Below, in pieces: positions 17,651 through 25,818 of a DNA stretch of 64,000 nt. Origin of the DNA: Bacteroidales bacterium (lineage in GTDB: Bacteria; Bacteroidota; Bacteroidia; Bacteroidales; WCHB1-69); the NCBI GenBank assembly GCA_017540505.1, contig JAFYAW010000018.1, forward strand, positions 21,286 to 85,285. The letters run 5' to 3'. The notes beneath the pieces are model-generated. The model worked only from the letters and a program-made list of their open reading frames with translations. It did not search any database and was not told where the DNA came from. Within the stretch, counting starts at the first letter, position 1; every line of letters begins with the position of its first letter. A program made the position numbers and the translations under genes.

Positions 17651-19210
17651 TTAAATAGCATTGATGAATTTGACAATGGCATCGCGGTCTGCCTTGCTGA
17701 GGTTGCGGAATTGCTCGACCGAACGGCGGGCGTCACTCTGGACGTTGCCATGCCACATGATGGCTTCAATGACATTGCGTGCGCGGCAGTCGTGCAGACG
17801 GTCGGCGGAGCCTGTGCAGATGGCGGAGAGTCCTCGCCCCCACAGAGGGGTGGTGCGGCACCAGCCGGTGCGGATGTCGTTTTGCATGTGCAGCTGGTGC
17901 TGAATCATGTCGGTATAAGGCCATATCTTCTGGTGAGGATAGCTCGGCAGTCGGCGGTCGCCGGTTGTGAAGAAACCGTTAGGGTCGGTGAAGCGGTCCG
18001 GGCCGGTGGTCCAGCTGGGCCGGTGGCAGTGGGCGCAGCCGATTTCGCGGAAGAGCCTACGGCCGCGTTGGATGACGGTGTCGCTCAGGTTGCGTGCGGC
18101 GGGTACAGCCAGACCACGGTGCCAAACCATGAGGTTCACGTAGTCGTCGTTGCTCATCTCCACGGGCAGGTCGCGGCCCATCAGGTAGTTATAGATGTCA
18201 GCCTCCACATCACCGGTGTTGTATTGGGGATAATATTGGTAGAAATGGGCCTGCACATTGGGGTCTTGGGAGGCCACGCGGGCATACGTCGCGGTCATGT
18301 AGTGGTAACGGCGGTCGCCGCGGGTGACGTTGGTGATGTTCCAGATGGCGTTGGCTCCAGGACCATCCTGCAGGGGCCCGCGGGTACATGCGTACGTGAA
18401 GCGCTTGGGATGTCTCGTGTTGCCGTAGAGTCCGCTGGGAGCCCAGTCGGAGCCTGCCCACATGGCCGGGTTGAGGTGCACGCCGGCGCGATGCTCCCGC
18501 TCATATTGGGCTTTCAGGGAATCGTCCGGAATGGCATCCAGCAGACCGGTGCCGTAGATGCCGATGGTGGACTCTAAGCGCACAATCTCACTACCGTAAG
18601 GTATGGTGGTGCCGTTGACCTCCAGCGGGACATAGTAGGCCGATGCGGGAATGGAGACTTGCGGGTAGATTAGGCTGTAGCTTTCTCCGTCAGGAAAATG
18701 GTTTCCCCACTCGTCAACGTAATCCAACCAGCTGATTTGAATCTGCGATTCGTCAATGGGTGCCGTGAAAGGCGGTGTGGCCTTGGTCTGCGGCATGCCC
18801 GTCAGGGAGGAGATGTAGTTGTCGTTCTGGTCGGTGACCACCAGCAGGTAGCCGTTACCCCAATCGTTGGCCGCATAGCGGTCCATACGTTTGCCGTGGC
18901 CGTAGCCCGGATGGCAAGCAATGCAGGAGCTTCGGATGTAGAGTGGCCCTAACCCGCTGAAGGGCGGCGTGTTGATGTTGAAGTCACGCTCGAAGAGATA
19001 CTCGCCATATTTGAAGGCGGCAATGTCGTTGACGGCAGGAGCGGGATCCTCGTATGCGGAGGAGGAGCTGTTGAACGTGGTACCCAGTTTGCCGCCGGCG
19101 TAGGTCTCCTCTTCCAACCAGTCCGGATCTTCAATCTGACGGTGGCACCCCGACAGTATCCCTGTTATTATAAAGAGCGAACCGATAAGGATAAAAAACG
19201 ATTTTTTCAT
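17651..19210 (-). CDS. Di-haem cytochrome c lipoprotein (DUF1111 / cytochrome-c-peroxidase-like)
   Basis: Lipoprotein signal (LSGC). Two CXXCH haem-binding motifs (CIACH, CAHCH). Lies next to an imelysin-like gene. Confidence 0.7.
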   Translation of the reverse strand: MKKSFFILIGSLFIITGILSGCHRQIEDPDWLEEETYAGGKLGTTFNSSSSAYEDPAPAVNDIAAFKYGEYLFERDFNINTPPFSGLGPLYIRSSCIACHPGYGHGKRMDRYAANDWGNGYLLVVTDQNDNYISSLTGMPQTKATPPFTAPIDESQIQISWLDYVDEWGNHFPDGESYSLIYPQVSIPASAYYVPLEVNGTTIPYGSEIVRLESTIGIYGTGLLDAIPDDSLKAQYEREHRAGVHLNPAMWAGSDWAPSGLYGNTRHPKRFTYACTRGPLQDGPGANAIWNITNVTRGDRRYHYMTATYARVASQDPNVQAHFYQYYPQYNTGDVEADIYNYLMGRDLPVEMSNDDYVNLMVWHRGLAVPAARNLSDTVIQRGRRLFREIGCAHCHRPSWTTGPDRFTDPNGFFTTGDRRLPSYPHQKIWPYTDMIQHQLHMQNDIRTGWCRTTPLWGRGLSAICTGSADRLHDCRARNVIEAIMWHGNVQSDARRSVEQFRNLSKADRDAIVKFINAI

Positions 19211-19242
19211 ATTACAATATTATTATAAATTTCAAAACAATC

Positions 19243-20418
19243 TTATTTGCTGGTTATAGCCTCCTTGACTTCCGAGAGGATGTCGTCGAGATTCTGACAG
19301 GCGGTGATGGCTTCCGCGTTGGCGGGGTTGGCATAGTTGCGTACAAATGGCACAGGCATGGCATTGATCTTAGCCTTGGCGTTGTTGATGGCTTCCACCA
19401 CGCGGCTGTCAAGATCGGCATCCACAGCCTTCACGTAGCCGTGCAGGGAATATTTCTCGCTTTGGCTTCCCTCCACGCCGCCATAGTATGCATGTTCGAT
19501 GCTTACGATGTTGTTATAAAAGTCCTCGATGGATTTCTGGCTGTAGGGTGATTCGATGTAGGTGGGGTCCTCGCCGTTGTAAGGCTTGCCGATCTTGGAG
19601 GTGCCCACCTCATCGGCGATGGTCTTGCATCCGTCCACGATGGCTAAAAGGCCCTGCACGGTGCTGATGTAGGTGCTGCCGGCGTTGCCCGCCTTCATCA
19701 GGTTGTCGCCATAGCTGTAGCTGCCGCCGTTGACAGTGGTGTTGAGTTCCAGCTCTTCCACTTTGTCGCGGTGCGACTTGGCGGCATTGTCGCCAATCCA
19801 GCTTACCTCCAATTGGAAACAGCGGTTGCGGAGGTCGCCGGCCACGGCGATGGCATATACCAGTTCGGTGTTCGTGATGGCCTCTGCGCTCTTTGGCTGA
19901 CCGTCAGCAAAGAGGATGTATTCAATGCCGTGGAAGCCGAGAAGCGAGTTGCCGAGTTGCTCGCCGGCCACCACATCGCCGTCTTCGCCCCCGAGGGCAG
20001 CCACCATGTTCGGACTGCTCATCAGATTGAGGAAGGCATCCTCATCCAATGGCCAGGAGTCGATGTGCGGGTCGATGCCGAAGTCGGAGGCGGCACCGAA
20101 GAGGAAGGCCTCGCTCTTCTCCCACCAGGAACGGGCGGTAAGGAAAGTGGCGCAGACCTGATTGAGGTTGCCCTGCGTGGGACTGGCCTTGAAGGTCTTG
20201 AGTTCCGTCACCAACTGGTCGGTGTAGTTGGCCAGATGGGTGTATGTGGGCTGGATGGTGTTTTCCACATATTGTTTCAGGATAGCCGTTTGGGTTTCAT
20301 CTTTCAGATAGTTGCCTCCATGATGGCAGGAGGTGGCAAGCACTGCAATAGCGCAAAGGGCAAAACAGAGAATTTTGGATACGTTTTTCATTTTGTTGTG
20401 ATATTTAATGTTATACAA
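19243..20418 (-). CDS. Imelysin-like (peptidase M75 family) lipoprotein
   Basis: Lipoprotein signal (LATSC) and a GIDPHIDSWPLDE-type motif. An alternative start is MKNVSK at 20391. Confidence 0.65.
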   Translation of the reverse strand: MYNIKYHNKMKNVSKILCFALCAIAVLATSCHHGGNYLKDETQTAILKQYVENTIQPTYTHLANYTDQLVTELKTFKASPTQGNLNQVCATFLTARSWWEKSEAFLFGAASDFGIDPHIDSWPLDEDAFLNLMSSPNMVAALGGEDGDVVAGEQLGNSLLGFHGIEYILFADGQPKSAEAITNTELVYAIAVAGDLRNRCFQLEVSWIGDNAAKSHRDKVEELELNTTVNGGSYSYGDNLMKAGNAGSTYISTVQGLLAIVDGCKTIADEVGTSKIGKPYNGEDPTYIESPYSQKSIEDFYNNIVSIEHAYYGGVEGSQSEKYSLHGYVKAVDADLDSRVVEAINNAKAKINAMPVPFVRNYANPANAEAITACQNLDDILSEVKEAITSK

Positions 20419-20445
20419 TAATTTTAATAAGGGGAAAAACAGGTG

Positions 20446-21804
20446 CTACCGCGATTTTTCTTTGGTGAAATCATGTTTGAAGAAGGCAGCCCAGGTGATG
20501 CCAAGGGCCATCCAGGGCTCGTGGTTGTATTGCGATTTGAGCAGCCGTACGCCCGCCTCGGCCTTGACGGTAATTTCGGGTATGGGCCGGTAGTTGATGC
20601 CGCCGCTCACACAATGGCGGTCACTCCATTGGTAATCAATGAGTCCCGGAGCGGGGATGTAGGAATCGTAGTATTCGTAGCGGGCGAAGACAAAGAAGTT
20701 GTGTCCCCGCAGGCGGGAGCTCTCTTTTGCGAGTCGGAAAAAATCGAAGCCCACTTCCCCGCCGGCGGTCCAGGCGGCCATGCCCACCAGTGTGTGCGGG
20801 TAGGGCGATTGGCTGCTGTTGGAAAGTGTGGCGTTGAAGGAGGATACCATGGCGGCATCTGTGAGATAACCGTAGAGGCCACTGCCCCGCAGGATCAGGC
20901 CTCCAGTCTGGTAGCTGAAGTCCAGTCCCCCGATGGCTACGGTGCCGCGCACATCGGCGTAGCGAGTGGAGTGCTCGTCGGTGATGATGTCGTTGCGGAA
21001 ACAGTTGCCCACATAGCCGCTGACCCCCACATGCAGGCCTTTGACGCTGTAGTTGTCCACACGGGCGGCCACGGCCAACTTGTTGGCCACGCGGAACTCG
21101 TAGGGGGATGCGGATCCGTTGTGTACCCATCCCGACACGTTGAAGAAACTGGAGTTGAGGGCGGGGATGAGCATCACATCGTAGCGCCATCCCTTGATGC
21201 GGCCCCAGAGTTCGATGCCGTTCTCGTGCCAGGTGCAGGGGATGATGGTGTTCTCGCCCTCGGGACGATACACGCCGAAGAACTCATTGGGCAGGTGGGC
21301 GTTGTTGGTGCCGCCCACCGGCACCACGATGTGTCCGGCCCGGATGTTGATTTTGGAGCCGAGGAAGGACTTCTGCAGCCAGAACTGTTCCAAGGCCACC
21401 TCGCCGCCCCGTTCCGTCTCCTGCTCGAACTCTCCCGACTCCTCGGCCTCCACTTCCACGGCGGATTCCGTGCCGCCATGCTCGAATTCCACCTCCGTGT
21501 TGAACGTCCAACCATGCCCGAAATCGTAGCCCAACAGGAACACGGCGTGCGGAAGATCCATGCGACCATGTCCCTTGGATTGGGTGTAGCGATCCGCATG
21601 GGAGTAGCGGAACACATTGTCGCTGTAGAAATTGTATTTGTAAACGCCCTCGCCATATCCGCCGATGGTCAGCCGGCCACGGGAGCGCACCGAATCGGTG
21701 TCCGCTTTTTTGGCCGATAGGGAATCAGCGCTGGAAGCGGCGTTAACAAATTGAAATCCAAATAAACAGGTTAGAAATAAGAGTAAAAAGGAAATTCTTC
21801 GCAT
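20446..21804 (-). CDS. Outer-membrane porin-like beta-barrel protein
   Basis: Start moved to MRRISFLLLF (signal peptide), because the -7 box at 21824-21831 lies downstream of the longer ORF's ATG at 21861. Beta-strand-rich with an aromatic C-terminal region. Confidence 0.6.
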   Translation of the reverse strand: MRRISFLLLFLTCLFGFQFVNAASSADSLSAKKADTDSVRSRGRLTIGGYGEGVYKYNFYSDNVFRYSHADRYTQSKGHGRMDLPHAVFLLGYDFGHGWTFNTEVEFEHGGTESAVEVEAEESGEFEQETERGGEVALEQFWLQKSFLGSKINIRAGHIVVPVGGTNNAHLPNEFFGVYRPEGENTIIPCTWHENGIELWGRIKGWRYDVMLIPALNSSFFNVSGWVHNGSASPYEFRVANKLAVAARVDNYSVKGLHVGVSGYVGNCFRNDIITDEHSTRYADVRGTVAIGGLDFSYQTGGLILRGSGLYGYLTDAAMVSSFNATLSNSSQSPYPHTLVGMAAWTAGGEVGFDFFRLAKESSRLRGHNFFVFARYEYYDSYIPAPGLIDYQWSDRHCVSGGINYRPIPEITVKAEAGVRLLKSQYNHEPWMALGITWAAFFKHDFTKEKSR

Positions 21805-21823
21805 AGACAATTTTTTTAACGCA

Positions 21824-21831
21824 CAAAAATA
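21824..21831 (-). promoter_or_regulatory. -7 box TATTTTTG (minus strand) for the porin/imelysin/di-haem operon
   Basis: Reverse complement of CAAAAATA, 20 nt upstream of the ATG at 21804. Confidence 0.55.
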
Positions 21832-21926
21832 GTATGCGCTTTTTCGGTGTGGTGTAACCAAAAATAGGGAAAAAGAGGAAAGGGTATAATTATAAATGAG
21901 GATGTGGTTTTTGCGTTGATTTTTTT

Positions 21927-21934
21927 TATCTTTG
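21927..21934 (+). promoter_or_regulatory. -7 box TATCTTTG at the left edge of AT-rich island 1
   Basis: TAnnTTTG about 210 nt upstream of the lipoprotein ATG at 22144, which implies a long leader. Confidence 0.45.
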
Positions 21935-22143
21935 CAACGTTAAATTAATATACTATTTGTTGTCATGAAAACTTTTGACAGGAAGATACCTTTTCCATAT
22001 AAGTCAGAAGCCCTTTTGAGGGCGTGCCAGAACAAGTCTCCCGGTGTTTGGGATTCCTCCTGTCGAAACAAAGGATCCCTGTGCGGGAGGAATGGAATGG
22101 GACAATACAATACAAATTTATTCATCCAAAAAAACAAAACGTT

Positions 22144-23724
22144 ATGAAATTTTATAAATTAATATTATTAGTAGTTCTTCTATTTGTTGCCAGCTCTTGT
22201 AAAAAGGAAGATGTGTTTGGCTATAAATTCTTAAATTACGAATTATGTCTCGATAATCCTCTTTTTGAAAGTATGCTTGATGAAATTAACCAGTATGACA
22301 CGTATGTGAATAATGATGGTATCATGGTGTTTGACAATAGAGAGGCATTGAAAAATACGATCGAAATACTTGAAACATATTGTGACTCTATTATTGCTTC
22401 CGACACTTCCTTGTCGTATGGTGATATTCTTAATGCATTTGGTTGTGCTTACCATTTTCAATCTTTATATACAAAGATTGAAAATCAGATTGAATATTTG
22501 GAACAGAATGAACTGCTTTCAGAACAAAATGACCCAGACATTCACTTTATAGGTAATATTTTCCTTCGAGCAATACTAACTCCAGATTGTGAGATAATTG
22601 TTGGAGATACATGGTATATACTTCAGGACGGTTTTACTTTAGGAATTATGAACCACGATGCAGAGGCAAGAAGTGATTTGTTGGAGCTTATTCAAAACAA
22701 TGGTTCAAAGGAAAATTTTTTCTTTTACTGTAATACACATAAAAACGCATTCATAACTTCATATGGAGAAGCAGATGTGAAACCTGAATTTGTTTGCCAA
22801 GTGTCATCTTCCAATCTGTTAAATTATTCTTTCATTAACATGACATCGTGTGAGGAATACACAGGTGTGACCTATTTGTGGACTTTTGGTGACGGTTATA
22901 CATCTACTTTGTCCAATCCATCACATACTTATTCTATTGCAGGAACTTATACTGTACGTCTGACAGCAAGTTATAATGGGGTTAGTAAAATGTGTGAGAA
23001 AGTCCTAAATGTGGGAGGAGAAAGCGCAAATTTTACCTATAGTAAAGATCAAGATGGTGTTTTTTATTTCTCTGCACAGATAAGTGATACCAATATTGTC
23101 GTTGTAGGATATGAATGGGATTTTGGTGATGGAACAGTTGTTCAGACAAATGAAGGGAATTGTACACATGTATTTAGCGATGAGGAGGAAACATACCACG
23201 TTAGTCTTTCGATTATTAAACCGTTGGAAAATACAATATTGCATGAAAAGAACCTTTCGGATTTGTGGCATCCATACTGTCGGCCTTTAGCCTGTTGTTA
23301 TTCTGGGACATCAGCATATCCACATAGACATCTTGGTGATAATTATTATGCTAAGACTGCAATTTCAGTATATAATTCTTATATTCTTCATAATATAATG
23401 ACCAGAACGATTTATCTTAAAAAAAGGAACAATGGGACTTATAGAAGAATAAAAGCCGAAAAAATAGGAACAAAAATGCAAGGTGCAATATACGTACCTT
23501 GGAATAATAGTGACAATGGTAGTGATTGTGGTATAGAAGAATATATTAGTTTGCCCAAAATAAAATACAATCAAAGGGAAGTGGTTAAATCATTGGTCCT
23601 TTATTATGAAACATATTTTAAGGTTGCATATTTGAGTTTAGCTGCTTCGTCTTGTATTAATGAAGGTGATTTTCATTTGGGTGTGATTGTCCATAACCAT
23701 GAAAATCAATCTGTTAACCCTTAA
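22144..23724 (+). CDS. Lipoprotein with two PKD-like domains
   Basis: Start chosen at MKFYKLILLVVLLFVASSC (lipobox). PKD signatures WTFGDGYTSTLSNPSHTYSIAGTYTVRL and WDFGDGTVVQTNEGNCTHVFS...YHVSL. The gene is AT-rich. Confidence 0.7.
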   Translation: MKFYKLILLVVLLFVASSCKKEDVFGYKFLNYELCLDNPLFESMLDEINQYDTYVNNDGIMVFDNREALKNTIEILETYCDSIIASDTSLSYGDILNAFGCAYHFQSLYTKIENQIEYLEQNELLSEQNDPDIHFIGNIFLRAILTPDCEIIVGDTWYILQDGFTLGIMNHDAEARSDLLELIQNNGSKENFFFYCNTHKNAFITSYGEADVKPEFVCQVSSSNLLNYSFINMTSCEEYTGVTYLWTFGDGYTSTLSNPSHTYSIAGTYTVRLTASYNGVSKMCEKVLNVGGESANFTYSKDQDGVFYFSAQISDTNIVVVGYEWDFGDGTVVQTNEGNCTHVFSDEEETYHVSLSIIKPLENTILHEKNLSDLWHPYCRPLACCYSGTSAYPHRHLGDNYYAKTAISVYNSYILHNIMTRTIYLKKRNNGTYRRIKAEKIGTKMQGAIYVPWNNSDNGSDCGIEEYISLPKIKYNQREVVKSLVLYYETYFKVAYLSLAASSCINEGDFHLGVIVHNHENQSVNP

Positions 23725-23736
23725 ACCGATGTTGTT

Positions 23737-24285
23737 ATGAAAAAATCAGTCTTTATTTTTATGTTATTGATTATCTGTTTGTTGTCGTTTTCACAAACAG
23801 ATAATGTAGAATCAACAAAAAAAATACAATATTATCATTCGATAGATTTAGGGTCAGGTTTTGAAAAATGGAAACCAGGAGTATCAACTTGGGGAGTGTC
23901 CATTCGGGAAACACATGGGATGCTGATTAAACAGCACGTGGTGGTGGGTTTGAATTTGGAATTTTTGTATGCCAATATTTATCGCAATGATGGGGAAGGT
24001 TGTGATGTGCTTGCATTTTCGAGTGGTTTGGATTTGCGGTATTTTATTCTTAAAAAATATAAATGGACACCTTTTTTAATGTTCAAATGGAATGTGGGAT
24101 TAACGATAGTGGGCAAGACTCGTAATCGTCCGATGGAGTATGCGGACGTATATCCGTTATTTGACAATATATCATTTTTTGTGGGTTGTAATTATTCATT
24201 TAAAGAGAAAAAGAGTGTTTATATGGCTTTAGGGTGCGATATGATATATCCAGGTCCGGCTTTCCGTATCGGGGTGCGGTTTTAA
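23737..24285 (+). CDS. Small outer-membrane beta-barrel protein
   Basis: Signal peptide; alternating strands; C-terminal ...FRIGVRF. Lies 13 nt after the PKD gene. Confidence 0.6.
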   Translation: MKKSVFIFMLLIICLLSFSQTDNVESTKKIQYYHSIDLGSGFEKWKPGVSTWGVSIRETHGMLIKQHVVVGLNLEFLYANIYRNDGEGCDVLAFSSGLDLRYFILKKYKWTPFLMFKWNVGLTIVGKTRNRPMEYADVYPLFDNISFFVGCNYSFKEKKSVYMALGCDMIYPGPAFRIGVRF

Positions 24286-24312
24286 GATATCCCGATGGAA
24301 CATATAAACGTT

Positions 24313-24344
24313 AAGGCTGACCTGTTATGGGTCAGCCTTTTTTT
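24313..24344 (+). terminator. Intrinsic terminator
   Basis: 10-bp stem AAGGCTGACC/GGTCAGCCTT followed by T7. Confidence 0.8.
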
Positions 24345-24394
24345 CTATATCCGGCGAATACTTAACGACTACACCGGACAAATATACAGAGATT

Positions 24395-24592
24395 ATGTAC
24401 AAGACACCGAACAACTTCAAGCTCGCATTTTTTTATGACACAAAAGACAAAAATCCGTCATGGAAGTTGATAATGCAAATAAAGGATTACACATACAGGT
24501 CTCTCGTTGAGATTGACAAGGATGACATATCAGTGCTTGTTCAAGATTTTGAAAGTGCATACAATAGAATAAAATCAGCCATTGGGGAATAG
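24395..24592 (+). CDS. Small hypothetical protein (65 aa)
   Basis: AT-rich ORF. Its last codons lie in the 5' arm of the 24572-24609 hairpin. No homology recognised. Confidence 0.3.
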   Translation: MYKTPNNFKLAFFYDTKDKNPSWKLIMQIKDYTYRSLVEIDKDDISVLVQDFESAYNRIKSAIGE

Positions 24593-24609
24593 TCCTCAAT
24601 GGCTGATTT
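24572..24609. terminator. 13-bp palindromic hairpin, candidate bidirectional terminator
   Basis: AAATCAGCCATTG / CAATGGCTGATTT with a 12-nt loop. T-rich tails are present on both strands. Confidence 0.6.
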
Positions 24610-24853
24610 GTTTGTTTAACACAAGCGCTCTCGATACTCCTTTTACATTGAAGGTGTACACGTTGCGATTGACATCAATATGGACGCAGTCTTTTCGCTC
24701 TATCCTATTCATTAAGGACAGAACCTCTGTAAGGTCAACTTGTTGGTAGCTGTCAAGCGTCCTCGTGTTGAGCGGCATGACCTTGAAGCCAACAGGCAGG
24801 TCTATGATTAGCATTGGTCGGTCTTTCACGTAATTATTGCCTTCTTCGGTCAC
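24596..24853 (-). CDS. Small hypothetical protein (85 aa)
   Basis: AT-rich ORF convergent with 24395..24592. Its last codons lie in the 3' arm of the same hairpin. Confidence 0.35.
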   Translation of the reverse strand: MTEEGNNYVKDRPMLIIDLPVGFKVMPLNTRTLDSYQQVDLTEVLSLMNRIERKDCVHIDVNRNVYTFNVKGVSRALVLNKQISH

Positions 24854-24918
24854 AAACTACGGACTTCCTCCCTTGCCGACAACAGCGTCACCGCCAGAGT
24901 GGTGGCTCGTTCCTTCCG

Positions 24919-25253
24919 GTTTTAAAACAATCGTATTTATGCACCCTAAAAACTCGAAACGTGCAACCCCATACGGGGTTGTGGGTTCGGCTGGGAATGC
25001 CCTCGGCTACAGATAGGGAACCCCTAGCGGGGTTCAGCGGAATTCGGAAACAAAACAAGATTCCGGCATCAACCGATACACCGCAGACACCCGCATTGGG
25101 CTTAAATGCAATACTGTGCCGGAGGAGGCGGTGGTGAGGTAAAGTGAGGTGAGGTATGACGAGGTAAGGTAAGACGACTGTCTGTAGCAAACGGATGCCA
25201 CACGTGGTTTTCAAATCTCCGTAGGAGATTCATATTCAACGGCTAATGGACGG
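24919..25253 (+). repeat. Copy A of a ~335-bp palindrome-rich repeat element (3' arm partly degenerate)
   Basis: The 123-nt core 24953-25075 differs at only 2 positions from 26220-26342. Hairpins at 24964-24981, 25018-25035 and 25215-25229. CTACAGATAGG box at 25007-25017. Confidence 0.85.
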
Positions 25254-25289
25254 GTCTCCCGTTTAAAACAATTGTATTTTTTGCACCCT

Positions 25290-25351
25290 AAAAACATTGT
25301 AGGAGCATTCTCACAGGAGATCCTGCCTCCTTTCAAATGCTCCTACAATGT
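25290..25351 (-). terminator. Intrinsic terminator downstream of hicB
   Basis: 15-bp stem ACATTGTAGGAGCAT/ATGCTCCTACAATGT (25294-25308 / 25337-25351) followed by T5 on the minus strand. Confidence 0.65.
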
Positions 25352-25388
25352 GCGTCCGAAAACGACACGGCAAAAATACAAAAAACAA

Positions 25389-25793
25389 CTATAAGAGTTG
25401 TACCGCGGCCAGTTCTCTTCCAATCTTGTGAATCGCGGTCTGAATCTTTGACACTTGCTTTTCCGACACATACTGGCCGTGCTTGTATTGGCGCATCAAA
25501 GAGGGGTTGATGCCGGCATATTTTGCAAATTGTGTCATATTCAGTATTTTGTAATAGCTCAAGAAAGAAGGCATATCATATTTATATACGAATGTCGTGT
25601 TTTTCAAATCGTCGGGATCGGGTTTTCCCGTTTCCTCAAACACTTCTATAAATTCCCTAACTGAATTTTCAAAATCGGCTTTAGCCTCGGCGACAGTGCT
25701 GCCGTTTCCAAACATAACGGATTTTGTGTCAGGAGAGAACACACCGAATGTTCCGTCTTTGCCAATTTCTATTAATGCGACTTTCTTTTTCAT
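25389..25793 (-). CDS. hicB: HicB-family antitoxin with C-terminal HTH
   Basis: N-terminus (KVALIEIGKDGTFGVFSPD...GSTVAEAKADFENSVREFIE) is HicB-like. C-terminal XRE-like HTH (MTQFAKYAGINPSLMRQYKHG). An alternative start lies at 25829. Confidence 0.75.
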   Translation of the reverse strand: MKKKVALIEIGKDGTFGVFSPDTKSVMFGNGSTVAEAKADFENSVREFIEVFEETGKPDPDDLKNTTFVYKYDMPSFLSYYKILNMTQFAKYAGINPSLMRQYKHGQYVSEKQVSKIQTAIHKIGRELAAVQLL

Positions 25794-25818
25794 AATTCTA
25801 TGCTTTTGTTGATTTCTA

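Noticed and set aside
22024-22143. N-terminal extensions of track ORFs (22024, 26523, 47013, 43301, 51938, 21861, 42268, 26055)
   Set aside because: In each case an internal Met begins a canonical signal peptide, lipobox or conserved N-terminus. In several cases a TAnnTTTG -7 box also lies inside the extension, so the shorter start was preferred.
25076-25122. Diversity-generating retroelement (TR/VR) explanation for the hypervariable patch
   Set aside because: The differences between copies are not confined to adenine positions of either copy. The patch is non-coding, and no reverse transcriptase is present.
24888-25214. 108-aa ORF (and its 77-aa counterpart 26206..26439) inside the repeat elements
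   Set aside because: The ORFs run through hairpins and palindromic boxes and have no upstream -7 box. Their similarity simply reflects near-identical DNA. The two copies have different start and end points. Coding cannot be fully excluded without comparative data.
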